A DNA stretch of 55,739 nucleotides, taken from the sequence record ON470595; one strand, 5' to 3'. The notes beneath the pieces were generated by a model that was not told the DNA's origin, made no database searches, and worked only from the letters and a program-made list of their open reading frames with translations. Below are positions 42,295 to 52,391 of this stretch, piece after piece (within the stretch, counting starts at the first letter, position 1; each line of letters starts with the position of its first letter). The position numbers and the translations under genes were made by a program. Source of the stretch: Escherichia phage vB_EcoS-683R6.

Positions 42295-42320
42295 AGGCTA
42301 CCTTCGGGTGGCCTTTTTTA
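42295..42320 (+). terminator. UUCG-tetraloop hairpin plus T6 between head-morphogenesis and scaffold genes
   Basis: AGGCTACC-TTCG-GGTGGCCT followed by TTTTTT. Confidence 0.5.
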
Positions 42321-42379
42321 TTGCTGCGATCCGGATGGTGAGCAGCGTAACTGTCGGAAGACTTAAACCAGGTACTAAT

Positions 42380-43144
42380 ATGAAACTGAAAACGGTCGAG
42401 ATTAACGGAAAACAATACGCAGAAATTGATACTGCTGGCCTGCCAGTTTATGTGCACGACGATGGTAAAGAAATTGGCTTCGATGCACCGCTGGCGACAA
42501 AAAAAATTACAGAGCTTAATAGCGAGGCAAAAAATCATCGCCTGGCTAAAGAAGCTGCAGAGGAAAAACTGGCTAAGTTTGCCGCTATCGAAGACCCGAA
42601 GAAGGCGATCGAGGCACTGGAAATGCTGTCAAAAATCGACCAGAAAAAGCTGCTCGATGCGGGACAGGTTGACCAGGTTAAGGCAGAAATTACGAAAAAT
42701 TTTCAGCAGCAATTAGATGAAGAAAAGCAACGCTCTCAGATGCTGGAGAAGCAGCTTTACGATTCTATGATTGGCGGTAGTTTTGCGGGTTCAAAATATA
42801 TTGCCGATAAAATTGCGATCCCGGCAGATTTATTACAATCACGCTTCGGGCAGGCATTCAAAGTGGAAGAAGGGAGGATCGTTGCTTATGACGCTTCCGG
42901 CAACAAAATTTATTCCCGCGCGAAGCCTGGCGAACTGGCGCAGTTTGATGAGGCGCTGGAGTTCCTTGTCGAAAATTACCCTCAGAAAGACTACATCCTG
43001 AAAGCCAGTGGCAACAATGGCGGCGGCTCCCGTCCGACACAGCATGATATTGGTCAGAAAACGATGAAACGCTCTGCTTTTGATGCACTGGATGTTGCAG
43101 GTAAGCAAAACGCATTGAAAGACGGTATCACAATCGTTGATTAA
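42380..43144 (+). CDS. putative scaffold protein
   Basis: About 254 aa from ATG 42380; charged, coiled-coil-like; directly upstream of the major capsid gene. Confidence 0.55.
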   Translation: MKLKTVEINGKQYAEIDTAGLPVYVHDDGKEIGFDAPLATKKITELNSEAKNHRLAKEAAEEKLAKFAAIEDPKKAIEALEMLSKIDQKKLLDAGQVDQVKAEITKNFQQQLDEEKQRSQMLEKQLYDSMIGGSFAGSKYIADKIAIPADLLQSRFGQAFKVEEGRIVAYDASGNKIYSRAKPGELAQFDEALEFLVENYPQKDYILKASGNNGGGSRPTQHDIGQKTMKRSAFDALDVAGKQNALKDGITIVD

Positions 43145-43242
43145 CACATTTGTCAGCTTCCGGATGGGAGCTGGTGTCAGGGCTGGATAGCTCATTACTC
43201 CATCTATTCACAATTACGCAAATTTTTAAGGAATATTTAATT

Positions 43243-44382
43243 ATGGCTGGAAATACCCTGACCGGGTTGATCCCGACTATTTATACCGCCCTGGATGTTG
43301 TATCCCGTGAGCAGGTAGGTTTTATCCCTGCGGTAGCAAAAAACGCAAAAGCTGACGCCGCAGCAAAAGATCAGACGGTAACCGCGCCAGTTGCGCCTGA
43401 GGCGAAAACCGAAGATATCGTACCGGGGCCGTCAGCTCCGAATACCGGTGATCAAAATATTGGCACTGTTGATGTAAAAATTACTAAATCCAAAATGGCA
43501 CCGGTTAAATGGAATGGTGAAGAACAACTGGCTCTTGGTCCTTCAGGGACTTACAACACCATTCTGGCTGATCAGTTCAAGCAGGCTTTTCGCGCCCTTG
43601 CAAACGAGGTTGAGGCTGATCTTGGTGCGTTGTATTTCGGTGCTTCCCGCGCCGTGGGAACCGCAGGGACAACGCCGTTTGGTGTTAAAGATGATCTTTC
43701 TGATGCTGCTCTGGCTCGTCAGGTTCTGGAGGATAACGGCGCACCGACAACCGATCTGCAGATGGTGCTTGGCTCCACTGCCATTGCTAATTTGCGCGGA
43801 AAACAGTCTGTATTGTTTAAAGTGAATGAATCCGGCACTGAACAGCTACTGCGTGAGGGCGTGTTGGGGCGTCTGGAGGGATTCAATATTCACAGTTCGG
43901 CAGGTGTGAAACGAGCGCCAAAGGTTGCTGCAACTGGTTATCTCGTGAATGGAGAGAAAAAAGAAGGCGATGTTCTTATTTCCATTGATACTGGTTCGGG
44001 GAGTATTTCTGCAGGTCAGATTGTTACGTTCGCTGGTGATCCGAATCAGTATGTTGTGGCAGCAGCGACCAGCAATCTGATTACTCTTGCAGCGCCCGGA
44101 CTGCGTCAGGATCTGGCCGATGATACTGCCATCACAGTTGTTGGGGCCTTTACTGCAAATATGGCGTTTGATCGCAACGCGTTTCTGCTGGCATCCCGTA
44201 CTCCGGCAATGCCGGAAGGTGGCGATAATGCTGATGATGTAATGAATGTTACGGACCCGATTTCAGGGATTACGTTCCAGATTGCACTGTATCGTCAGTA
44301 TCGCCAGGTGCGCTATGAAGTTGGACTGGCATGGGGTGTTTCATCAGTGAAGCCGGCACATGGTTGTCTGATTCTTGGTTAA
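43243..44382 (+). CDS. major capsid protein
   Basis: About 379 aa from ATG 43243 (AAGGA RBS); followed by a strong hairpin terminator, typical of major capsid genes. Confidence 0.7.
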   Translation: MAGNTLTGLIPTIYTALDVVSREQVGFIPAVAKNAKADAAAKDQTVTAPVAPEAKTEDIVPGPSAPNTGDQNIGTVDVKITKSKMAPVKWNGEEQLALGPSGTYNTILADQFKQAFRALANEVEADLGALYFGASRAVGTAGTTPFGVKDDLSDAALARQVLEDNGAPTTDLQMVLGSTAIANLRGKQSVLFKVNESGTEQLLREGVLGRLEGFNIHSSAGVKRAPKVAATGYLVNGEKKEGDVLISIDTGSGSISAGQIVTFAGDPNQYVVAAATSNLITLAAPGLRQDLADDTAITVVGAFTANMAFDRNAFLLASRTPAMPEGGDNADDVMNVTDPISGITFQIALYRQYRQVRYEVGLAWGVSSVKPAHGCLILG

Positions 44383-44392
44383 ACATTCAAAC

Positions 44393-44413
44393 GGGGCTTC
44401 GGCCCCATTTTTA
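44393..44413 (+). terminator. UUCG-tetraloop hairpin plus T-tract after the capsid gene
   Basis: GGGGC-TTCG-GCCCC followed by ATTTTTA. Confidence 0.55.
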
Positions 44414-44423
44414 ATGGGGGGCA

Positions 44424-44600
44424 TATGGCCGGATTAACTAAAGAGCAAAGAGCACAGCGTGAAGCCGCACAAAAAACGCAAATTGAGTTAGTGGTTATGG
44501 TGACCGATTATCAGATGTTTCCCGGCGCACCAACTATCGCTAATGTTCATCCTGATGAAGTTGACAACTGGAAGGCTATGGGCTGGAAAACTCAGGAGTA
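44424..44600 (+). CDS. small phage protein (58 aa)
   Basis: Hand translation: MAGLTKEQRAQREAAQKTQIELVVMVTDYQMFPGAPTIANVHPDEVDNWKAMGWKTQE; fills the gap between the capsid gene and the next ORF. Confidence 0.4.
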
Positions 44601-44604
44601 ACAC

Positions 44605-45000
44605 ATGATCACTTACGTGACCTGTGATGACGTTGATAATGCGTTTGGGAACGCCTGGACGAGTGAGAACGCTAAAAATAAAGCTGTTTTAATGGCTAAT
44701 GCCTGGCTTAATGGCTTCAACCTGAAAATTAACCCATCCCGTATTCCGGAAGAGGTAAAACTTGCGGGAGCATATGCAGCCAGAATTGCCTCATTTGGTA
44801 AGTTGTTTCAGCAGAAAAATGATTCTGGCGTTGTTATCAGTAAAGCCGTGTCGGCTGACGGGGTCAGTGTATCGAAATCATTTTCTGAGTTGCCAGCAAA
44901 CAGCACTGCATTGCTTGAACCCGATTTACAGCTTGCGATAGCACTGCTGAAACCGTACGGACTTAGTCGCTCACAAGTCAGGGTTGTGAGGGGGGGATAA
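44605..45000 (+). CDS. head-tail connector / head completion protein
   Basis: 131-aa ORF in the head-tail joining block; abutting neighbours. Confidence 0.5.
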   Translation: MITYVTCDDVDNAFGNAWTSENAKNKAVLMANAWLNGFNLKINPSRIPEEVKLAGAYAARIASFGKLFQQKNDSGVVISKAVSADGVSVSKSFSELPANSTALLEPDLQLAIALLKPYGLSRSQVRVVRGG

Positions 45001-45383
45001 TGGGGCTTCGTGAAGAGATTCAGTCAGAGGTTGCCGCTGCTTTTGATGAGGATTTAGCGGACGCCGTGAGTGATTTTTCTGGTTATTACGTTACGCACCG
45101 GCACTGGGATCCTGTGACGGAAACTGGCGGCGAATCCACCGCAATCTATACCGGGCGAGGCGTGTTGACACGTTATAAGCTGGGCAGAATTGATGGGATT
45201 AATATTTTGCATGGTGACCTTAAATTAACCGCTCTGGTATGCGAGGTTACGGATAAACCAGCTGTCGACCATATTATTGAGATTTATGATCCTGTATCAA
45301 GGCAGTTACAACGATACGAGGTAATTACAGCAAGTTTAGATCCTTCCGCATCAGTTTACTCTATCCAGTTAAGGAGAGCGTAA
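45000..45383 (+). CDS. head-tail adaptor protein
   Basis: 127-aa ORF, ATGA-type overlap with upstream gene. Confidence 0.5.
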   Translation: MGLREEIQSEVAAAFDEDLADAVSDFSGYYVTHRHWDPVTETGGESTAIYTGRGVLTRYKLGRIDGINILHGDLKLTALVCEVTDKPAVDHIIEIYDPVSRQLQRYEVITASLDPSASVYSIQLRRA

Positions 45384-45764
45384 ATGGCAAAGGCATGGGA
45401 TATAGAACCGTCAATATTTGCCGGGATGATTGAGGAAGATGTAGGGCTGAAGATTCGCTACATCGCTATGCAGATTCTTACTGCTATTGATATTGCTGCT
45501 CCGGTTGATACCGGACGTTTCAGAAATAACAACCTGGTGTCGTTACAGCATCCCGATTTTGGTATATCTGATAACGTGGATCCGAACGGTACGATTGCTG
45601 TTCAGCGTGGGATCGGGGTTATTTCGAAAGCTGCAAATTACGGGGTTATTTATATCCAGAATAACCTTCCTTATGCAGAGGCTCTTGAAAACGGTCATTC
45701 ACAACAAGCGCCAACTGGCGTGTATGCCAACGCTTTTTATGGTGTTTTACAGGCTTACAAATGA
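45384..45764 (+). CDS. tail component (head-tail joining block)
   Basis: 126-aa ORF, tightly packed. Confidence 0.5.
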   Translation: MAKAWDIEPSIFAGMIEEDVGLKIRYIAMQILTAIDIAAPVDTGRFRNNNLVSLQHPDFGISDNVDPNGTIAVQRGIGVISKAANYGVIYIQNNLPYAEALENGHSQQAPTGVYANAFYGVLQAYK

Positions 45765-46153
45765 AGTTTACTGAAATCAGAAATACGGTTATTTCCAGAA
45801 TGACGGCACAGACGATTATTGATGGAAAAGACGTATTGTATCCGAACGGGCCAACGTTCGATCCTTCCGGTAAGTTAATCTGGGCGCGGTTAAGTAATAT
45901 TCCCGGGCAGGCTGGGGTTAATGAAATTGGCGCGGGGCCGGTTGTTTATCGCACGGGGATAATCATTATTCAGTTATTTGTCCCCGCAGGTTCTGGTTCA
46001 AAACTCATTACTGAGACAGCCGATAAATTGCGGGAACTGTTTGAGTTTCAGGATGACGATCGTCTCAGTTACCAGGCTGTTTCCTCAATAGCCGTCGGCG
46101 AAAAGAATGGCTGGTTCCAGCTTAATCTTCAAATTCCATATCGCGCGCTCTAG
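45761..46153 (+). CDS. tail completion / tail terminator protein
   Basis: 130-aa ORF directly before the major tail gene. Confidence 0.5.
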   Translation: MKFTEIRNTVISRMTAQTIIDGKDVLYPNGPTFDPSGKLIWARLSNIPGQAGVNEIGAGPVVYRTGIIIIQLFVPAGSGSKLITETADKLRELFEFQDDDRLSYQAVSSIAVGEKNGWFQLNLQIPYRAL

Positions 46154-46179
46154 CGCAATTAATGACATAGGAGGCTTCT

Positions 46180-47142
46180 GTGAGTTCAGGTGCAAAGGTT
46201 ATCTCGGCATTTATCCGGGAGACAGTTGCAGGCACTACGCCAGCAAGTGGTGACTGGAGTTTATTAAAACGCACAAGCTGGGGAGTAAAACCCACCCAGA
46301 ATAAAGGCGAAAATAATGAGATTGGTGGCTCCCGGATGGCTCAGGGGGCGACGCCTGGCACTGTGGATGTCGGCGGTGATGTTGGTACCAAATTTCGCTG
46401 GGGTCAACATGATGATTTTCTTGCATCCTGTTTCGGCGCGGAATGGTCAGGCGATTCTCTGACAATGGGGAATGAGCGAATAACATTTTCTCTGGCGACC
46501 TATGCGTCCGATGTCGGAATTGCCTCTGTCGTCAGAGGAGCGCAGGTTGGCTCATGGAAAATGCAGATCCCTAACGACGGCGATATTACAGCGACCGTAA
46601 CCTTTGCCGGGCTGGGCTGGGAAACAAAGGCCGATGATACGAATTTTATCAAAGGCAAACCTGTGGATAGTGCAGGAAAGTTACGCTATTCGTTTAAGGA
46701 GGTTTCAGCAGTAAGCCTGAATGGTGTTGCCGGAGGTAACGGTTTTTGTATCGACAGTTTTGATATTCAGTTCGATAACAAACTCCAGACACAGCGTTGT
46801 ATCGGGACTGGCTCGCCTTATGCAGGAGCAAATATTCCGACTACTTTTACACCGTCCGGTACGGTGACGCTTTCATGGTCTAAAGCCGCGTGGGAAATCT
46901 GGAGTAAAACACTGACTGGAGAAACAGTTCCGTTCAGCTTCACGCTTTCGAATGGAGAGGGGGCATACACTTTCAGTTTCCCGAAGGTTCAGGTGTCAGG
47001 TGAATGGCCTGATGGGGGTAATACTGACATTATCCAGGTTCAATTGAGCATTACCGCAGCAGATGAAGCACCTACGATAACCAGAAAAAAATGCTCCCCG
47101 ACTGCCGTGATCGCAAAAGCCAGTGCTGATGCGATTAGTTGA
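46180..47142 (+). CDS. major tail tube protein
   Basis: 320-aa ORF (GTG start) preceding the G/GT chaperone pair and tape measure gene. Confidence 0.65.
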   Translation: MSSGAKVISAFIRETVAGTTPASGDWSLLKRTSWGVKPTQNKGENNEIGGSRMAQGATPGTVDVGGDVGTKFRWGQHDDFLASCFGAEWSGDSLTMGNERITFSLATYASDVGIASVVRGAQVGSWKMQIPNDGDITATVTFAGLGWETKADDTNFIKGKPVDSAGKLRYSFKEVSAVSLNGVAGGNGFCIDSFDIQFDNKLQTQRCIGTGSPYAGANIPTTFTPSGTVTLSWSKAAWEIWSKTLTGETVPFSFTLSNGEGAYTFSFPKVQVSGEWPDGGNTDIIQVQLSITAADEAPTITRKKCSPTAVIAKASADAIS

Positions 47143-47190
47143 TTTTCCGTTATTCCCCCTGTGGTACTGCACTACAGGGGGACGCATTGA

Positions 47191-47652
47191 ATGAGGTTAT
47201 GGATGTTTATTCTTAATCAGAAAATTATCATCGGTGGAGAACGCTGGTTTACGCCAATGAAGGACTTAAAACCTGTAGACGGGTTAAAACTGTTGGTGGC
47301 AAGCAGCGATAACGATCAGTATCGCTCCCGTAATGCATTAATCCGTCGTCACATTGAGAAAATGGATGCCAGTTTGCACGTCGGAACGAAGGAGTTTGAT
47401 ATTTCAAAGGTTTCCGAGGTAGATTCTGTTGATGATTTACTCATTGATAATGCTGCTCGTTATCTGCTGAAAGACTGGAAAGGGGTTGGTGAACTGGTTA
47501 ATGGTGCTGAGGTTGCACTGGAATATACGCCAGAACGAGGGATCGCGCTGCTTAAGCAGAATCCAGAGTTGTACTGGCAGATCCTTGCAGAAGCAGCCAG
47601 CATCGCCCAGGGTAAAGAGCAGCAGAAGCAGGATACGATAAAAAAGCCATAG
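47191..47652 (+). CDS. tail assembly chaperone, gpG-like
   Basis: 153-aa ORF ending just after an A_AAA_AAG slippery heptamer; position between major tail and tape measure genes. Confidence 0.7.
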   Translation: MRLWMFILNQKIIIGGERWFTPMKDLKPVDGLKLLVASSDNDQYRSRNALIRRHIEKMDASLHVGTKEFDISKVSEVDSVDDLLIDNAARYLLKDWKGVGELVNGAEVALEYTPERGIALLKQNPELYWQILAEAASIAQGKEQQKQDTIKKP

Positions 47653-47960
47653 CCGCCCAGCGGTGGTTATCGGAGTTCGGGGGAGAAAGGGGGGAAAAGG
47701 CAAGATGGAAGCGAGAAAAACTCAGGTTGCCACCGATACCGGAACCAGAAATAGACCCGGTGCTTAAGGAATTGTTGTACGCCTATTCGGTAATATCCCG
47801 TGCCCGACGTTATGCTGGAATGACCGGGGTGCCTTTGCCTTTATCTCTGACAGAGATAAATGAATATTTAGCCACTCATCCGGTATTGATTGAGCGCGAT
47901 GAGTTTGAAGCAGTGATCTTTGCACTGGATGACCAGTATTTTCAGGATCAGTGTGTGTAG
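47640..47960 (+). CDS. -1 frame extension producing a gpGT-like fusion chaperone (programmed frameshift at 47640-47646)
   Basis: The -1 frame is open from the heptamer through the 47727-47960 ORF with no stop (KKAIAAQRWLSEFGGERGEKARWKREKLRLPPIPEPE...). Confidence 0.6.
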   Translation, partial: KKAIAAQRWLSEFGGERGEKARWKREKLRLPPIPEPEIDPVLKELLYAYSVISRARRYAGMTGVPLPLSLTEINEYLATHPVLIERDEFEAVIFALDDQYFQDQCV

Positions 47961-48081
47961 TTGTTAATTACGTACACTCTGTTACAGAGATGTGATGGTG
48001 TCTTTAATTAAATCGATGATGCTCCTGGAGAAAAGCATTGCGTGGCCTCGTAATCGCTATATCTACTATTATGTCGCCTGA

Positions 48082-48107
48082 AACCCACTTCGGTGGGCTT
48101 TTTGTTG
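48082..48107 (+). terminator. UUCG-tetraloop hairpin plus T-tract upstream of the tape measure gene
   Basis: CCCAC-TTCG-GTGGG followed by CTTTTTGTTG. Confidence 0.4.
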
Positions 48108-48123
48108 TCTGGAGTTTTAATAA

Positions 48124-51100
48124 ATGGCAGAGCAAACCTCGCGTCTCGCAATAATTATTGATAGCACTGGAGCAAAAAATAATGCTGACAATCTGACCTC
48201 CTCATTAGTCAAAATGACGCAGGCCGGGGAAACTGCTGCAAATAGCGCAGGGAAAGTGACTAAGGCAACAGAAGATGAGAAGAACGCGCTCGCAAAATTA
48301 AAAGTAGCTATTGATCCAGTTGGTGCCGCAATTGATACTGTCGGTCGACGCTATTCTGAATTAAAGAAATTTTTCGATAAAGGGCTTATTGATAAAGAAG
48401 AATATGAATTTCTTGTCCGTAAACTTAATGAAACCACAGAGGAATTGAGCGGGGTTGCGCAAGCGCAGAGAGAAGCCGAGAAGGCCGGAAAACTTGCTGC
48501 CGCCCAGCAGGAAGCGCAGGCTCAGGCCTTTCAAAGAATGCTGGACAAGATCGACCCTCTGGCTGCGGCGCTAAGAAATCTTGAACAACAGCAGGATGAA
48601 CTTAATGCTGCGTTTGCATCCGGGAAAATAAATGGTTCTCAGTTTGAGAATTATAGCCGAAAAATACAGGAAACACGGCGAGAGCTTACCGGAGAGGCTC
48701 AGGCAGAGCGAGAAGCAGCAAAAGCGCATGATGAACAGGTTGCTGCTTTGCAACGTCTGATTGCTCAACTTGACCCTGTCGGAACTGCTTTTAATCGTCT
48801 GGTAGAACAACAGAAACAGCTCAATGAAGCAAAAGCTAAGGGGATGCTCTCTCCTGAAATGTATGAGGAACTTTCTGGAAAACTTCGTGCTATGCGGAGT
48901 GAGCTTGAGGTTACTCAATCTCAATTAAGCAAAACCGGAATGTCGGCAAAACAAACGGCTTTTGCTATGCGCATGTTGCCTGCACAAATGACGGATATTG
49001 TTGTTGGGTTGTCCACTGGTCAGTCGCCTTTTATGGTGTTAATGCAGCAGGGCGGCCAGCTAAAAGATATGTTCGGTGGGATTGGCCCGGCGATCAAAGG
49101 TGTTGGTTCTTATGTGCTGGGATTAATTAATCCTTTTACCCTGGCCGCAGCAGCCGTTGGCGTCTTAGGGCTGGCTTACTATAAAGGCTCTCAGGAGCAG
49201 GACGAATTTAATAAATCTCTTATTCTTACCGGAAATCAGTTGGGGACAACCAGCGGGCAATTGGCCGATATAGCTCAACGTGCCGGGAATGCGGCTGATT
49301 CGACAACTGGCGCTGCGGCGGCAGTATTAAACCAGCTTGTGCGTTCGGGAAAGGTAGCGAGCAGTTCGCTGGAGCAAGTGACGACAGCGATAGTAAAAAC
49401 GAGCGAAGTAACAGGAATATCAACCGAACAACTGGTTAATGACTTCAATGAAATTGCAAAGGATCCTGTCAGTGCCATATCAAAACTTAATGATCAGTAC
49501 CATTTTCTGACAATTGCGACTTATAACCAGATTAAGGCGCTACAGGATGAAGGGAACCAGCAGGAGGCCGCCCGCATTGCGACAGAAGCATACTCATCCT
49601 CAATGATCCAGCGCACCAACCAGATTAAAGAAAATCTTGGTTATCTTGAGACTGCATGGAAAGCTGTCGCAGACTCCGCAAAATGGGCATGGGATTCCAT
49701 GCTGGACATTGGCCGTGAGGCCTCCCTTGATCAAAAAATCTCAGATGTTCTCCGTCAAATTGATGAAATAGAAAAAAATACCCGACCCGGAGTTTTCGGG
49801 TTAGGTGGCATTGGAGATGGCGGAGCTCAAAATAAAAGGCTGGCACGATTAAAGCAGCAATTGGGCGTACTTCAAGCAGAAAAAATTGCTCAGGACGTCC
49901 TAAATTCATCAATAAACGATTACAACAAGCGACAACAGGAAGGAATTGAACTCAGACAGAGAGCAGATGCCTTTTCAAAACAATATCAGACCCGGGAGCA
50001 GCAGAGAGCTAGTGAACTTGCAAAACTGGAAAAGCTAAAGAGTCAGTATTCAAAGGAAGAATATAATAATTTTATCGCTCAAATAAATGAGCGTTATAAA
50101 GATCCAAAGCAACCAAAGGCGAAAGGTTATTCGGATGATGCTGCCCAACGAATGATTGATCATCTGAATCAACAGAATGCGTTACTAAGTTCACAAACTG
50201 AATTAACCGTTAAATTAAGTTCCTCTGAACAGGAACTGGTTAAGTGGCGTCAGCAGATTGCCGACCTGGAGTCACGACCGTCATCGAAATTAACCCAGGA
50301 TCAGAAATCGCTTCTCTTACACCGGGAAGAAATAACCGCGTTGATGGAGAAAAATGTTGCGATTGAAAAAAATAACAGGCTAATCAAGGAATCCGCCGAA
50401 ATAGCTGCATGGCGTGATTTATTGCAGGCTTCGATTGATAATCGTCAACAGGGGTATGATATTCAGATTGCTGGTTATGGGGTTGGCGATAAAAATCAGC
50501 AACGCCAGCAGGAATTACTGCGGATTGAACGTGAATATAACAATCAGCGTCTGCAACTTGAACGTGACTATGCAGATAAATCCCGTGGGATGTCAAATCA
50601 TGTTTTTCAGGAGAAAATGTAGGCTCTGAATGATGCTCTGGAACGAGAAAAAGAAATTGTCAGACAGAAAAACGAGCAGCTCGATATTCAGGCAGGAGAC
50701 TGGGTTAGTGGTGCCTCCCAGGGATTCAATAACTGGCTGGATGACACTAAGGATATCAGTGAGCAGATAAAATCAACCACGACTCAGATGTTTGATGGAA
50801 TGACCGATGCGCTGGGTGATTTTGTCACGACAGGCAAGGCAAATTTTCGTTCTTTCGCTACTTCCGTGATTTCGGATCTTAGTCGAATAGCATTAAAGGC
50901 TTCAATTACTGGGATTTTCGACAGCATTAGTAACAGTTCTTCGGGGGGGATTTTAGGAACTATCGGGAGTGCTATTAGTAAATTTATTCCGAATGCAAAG
51001 GGCGGTGTTTATGAGTCTCCGTCATTGAACACGTATTCGAACGGTATTTATGATTCCCCGCAATTTTTTGCTTTTGCAAAAGGGGCTGGTGTTTTTGGTG

Positions 51101-51357
51101 AGGCTGGTCCGGAAGCCATTATGCCATTAACACGAACATCCGATGGTTCTCTTGGTGTCAGAGCTATTAATAGTAAAAGTGGTAATGGAGGCGGAGATAT
51201 TACCTATGCCCCTGTATACCAAATCACTATTCAAAATGACGGCCAGAATGGAGAGATTGGCCCTCAGGCAATAAAAGCACTTATGGGGATGGTTGATCAG
51301 CGGGTGCAGGGCAATCTGTTAAATATGCGACGTGATGGGGGAATGTTAAGTGGCTAA
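48124..51357 (+). CDS. H: tail tape measure protein (lambda gpH-like) interrupted by a single in-frame TAG at 50620-50622
   Basis: 832-aa ORF and downstream 189-aa ORF are in the same frame with no other stop; coiled-coil-rich N-terminus; C-terminal region ..[27 protein letters not shown].. Confidence 0.8.
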
Positions 51358-51688
51358 TACGGAAGAATTTCACTGGTTACCAGAGGATGGAATGAAAACA
51401 GAAAATAAACCATCGATAAAAACTGTAAGATTTGGCGATGGTTATGAGCAACGAAGTCCAAATGGACTTAATCATTCTCTGCGCGTTTTCACCTGTGATT
51501 TCAAAGTTGAGGCGAATGAACGTGATTCATTTGAAAAATTTTTAGCCCGGCATGAAGGCTATAAATCTTTTTTTTGGCGCCCGCCTGGTATTAACAGAAA
51601 AATCAGAGTGGTGTGTCGAACGTGGTCAGCGACAGAACATATCACCTATACCGATTTTTCGTGTCAGTTTGACGAAGTGGTGATCTGA
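51350..51688 (+). CDS. M: minor tail protein M (lambda gpM-like)
   Basis: 112 aa [35 protein letters not shown].. matches remembered lambda M. Confidence 0.85.
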   Translation: MANTEEFHWLPEDGMKTENKPSIKTVRFGDGYEQRSPNGLNHSLRVFTCDFKVEANERDSFEKFLARHEGYKSFFWRPPGINRKIRVVCRTWSATEHITYTDFSCQFDEVVI

Positions 51689-52386
51689 TGCAGGACATAC
51701 AACAGGAAACGCTGAATGAATGCATTCGTGCGGAGCAGTCGGCCAGCGTGGTGCTCTGGGAAATCGACCTGACCGAGGTAGGCGGGGATCGCTACTTTTT
51801 CTGCAATGAGCAGAACGAGAAAGGAGAGTCTGTCACCTGGCAGAGTCGGCAGTATCAGGCCTATCCCATTCAGGGGAGTGGATTTGAGATGAACGGCAAA
51901 GGTGCCAGTGCAAGGCCAACGCTGAAAGTCTCTAATCTGCACGGCATGGTCACCGGGATGGCGGAAGACCTGCAGAGTCTGGTCGGCGGAACGGTGGTCA
52001 GGCGTAAGGTTTACGCCCGTTTTCTGGATGCGGTGAACTTCGTCAACGGAAACAGTGACGCCGATCCGGAGCAGGAGGTGATCAGCCGCTGGCGTATTGA
52101 GCAGTGCAGCGAACTGAGCGCGGTCAGTGCCTCCTTTGTACTGTCCACGCCGACGGAAACGGACGGCGCTGTTTTTCCGGGGCGCATCATGCTTGCTAAT
52201 ACCTGCACCTGGACCTATCGCGGTGATGAGTGCGGTTATCACGGTCCGGCGGTCGCGGATGAATATGACCAGCCGACATCCGAAATCACGAAGGATAAAT
52301 GCAGCAAATGCCTGAGTGGCTGTAAGTTCCGCAATAATGTCGGCAACTTTGGCGGCTTCCTTTCCATTAACAAACTTTCGCAGTAA
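51688..52386 (+). CDS. L: minor tail protein L (lambda gpL-like)
   Basis: 232 aa; C-terminal Cys cluster (CSKCLSGCKFRNN); position after M. Confidence 0.85.
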   Translation: MQDIQQETLNECIRAEQSASVVLWEIDLTEVGGDRYFFCNEQNEKGESVTWQSRQYQAYPIQGSGFEMNGKGASARPTLKVSNLHGMVTGMAEDLQSLVGGTVVRRKVYARFLDAVNFVNGNSDADPEQEVISRWRIEQCSELSAVSASFVLSTPTETDGAVFPGRIMLANTCTWTYRGDECGYHGPAVADEYDQPTSEITKDKCSKCLSGCKFRNNVGNFGGFLSINKLSQ

Positions 52387-52391
52387 ATCCC

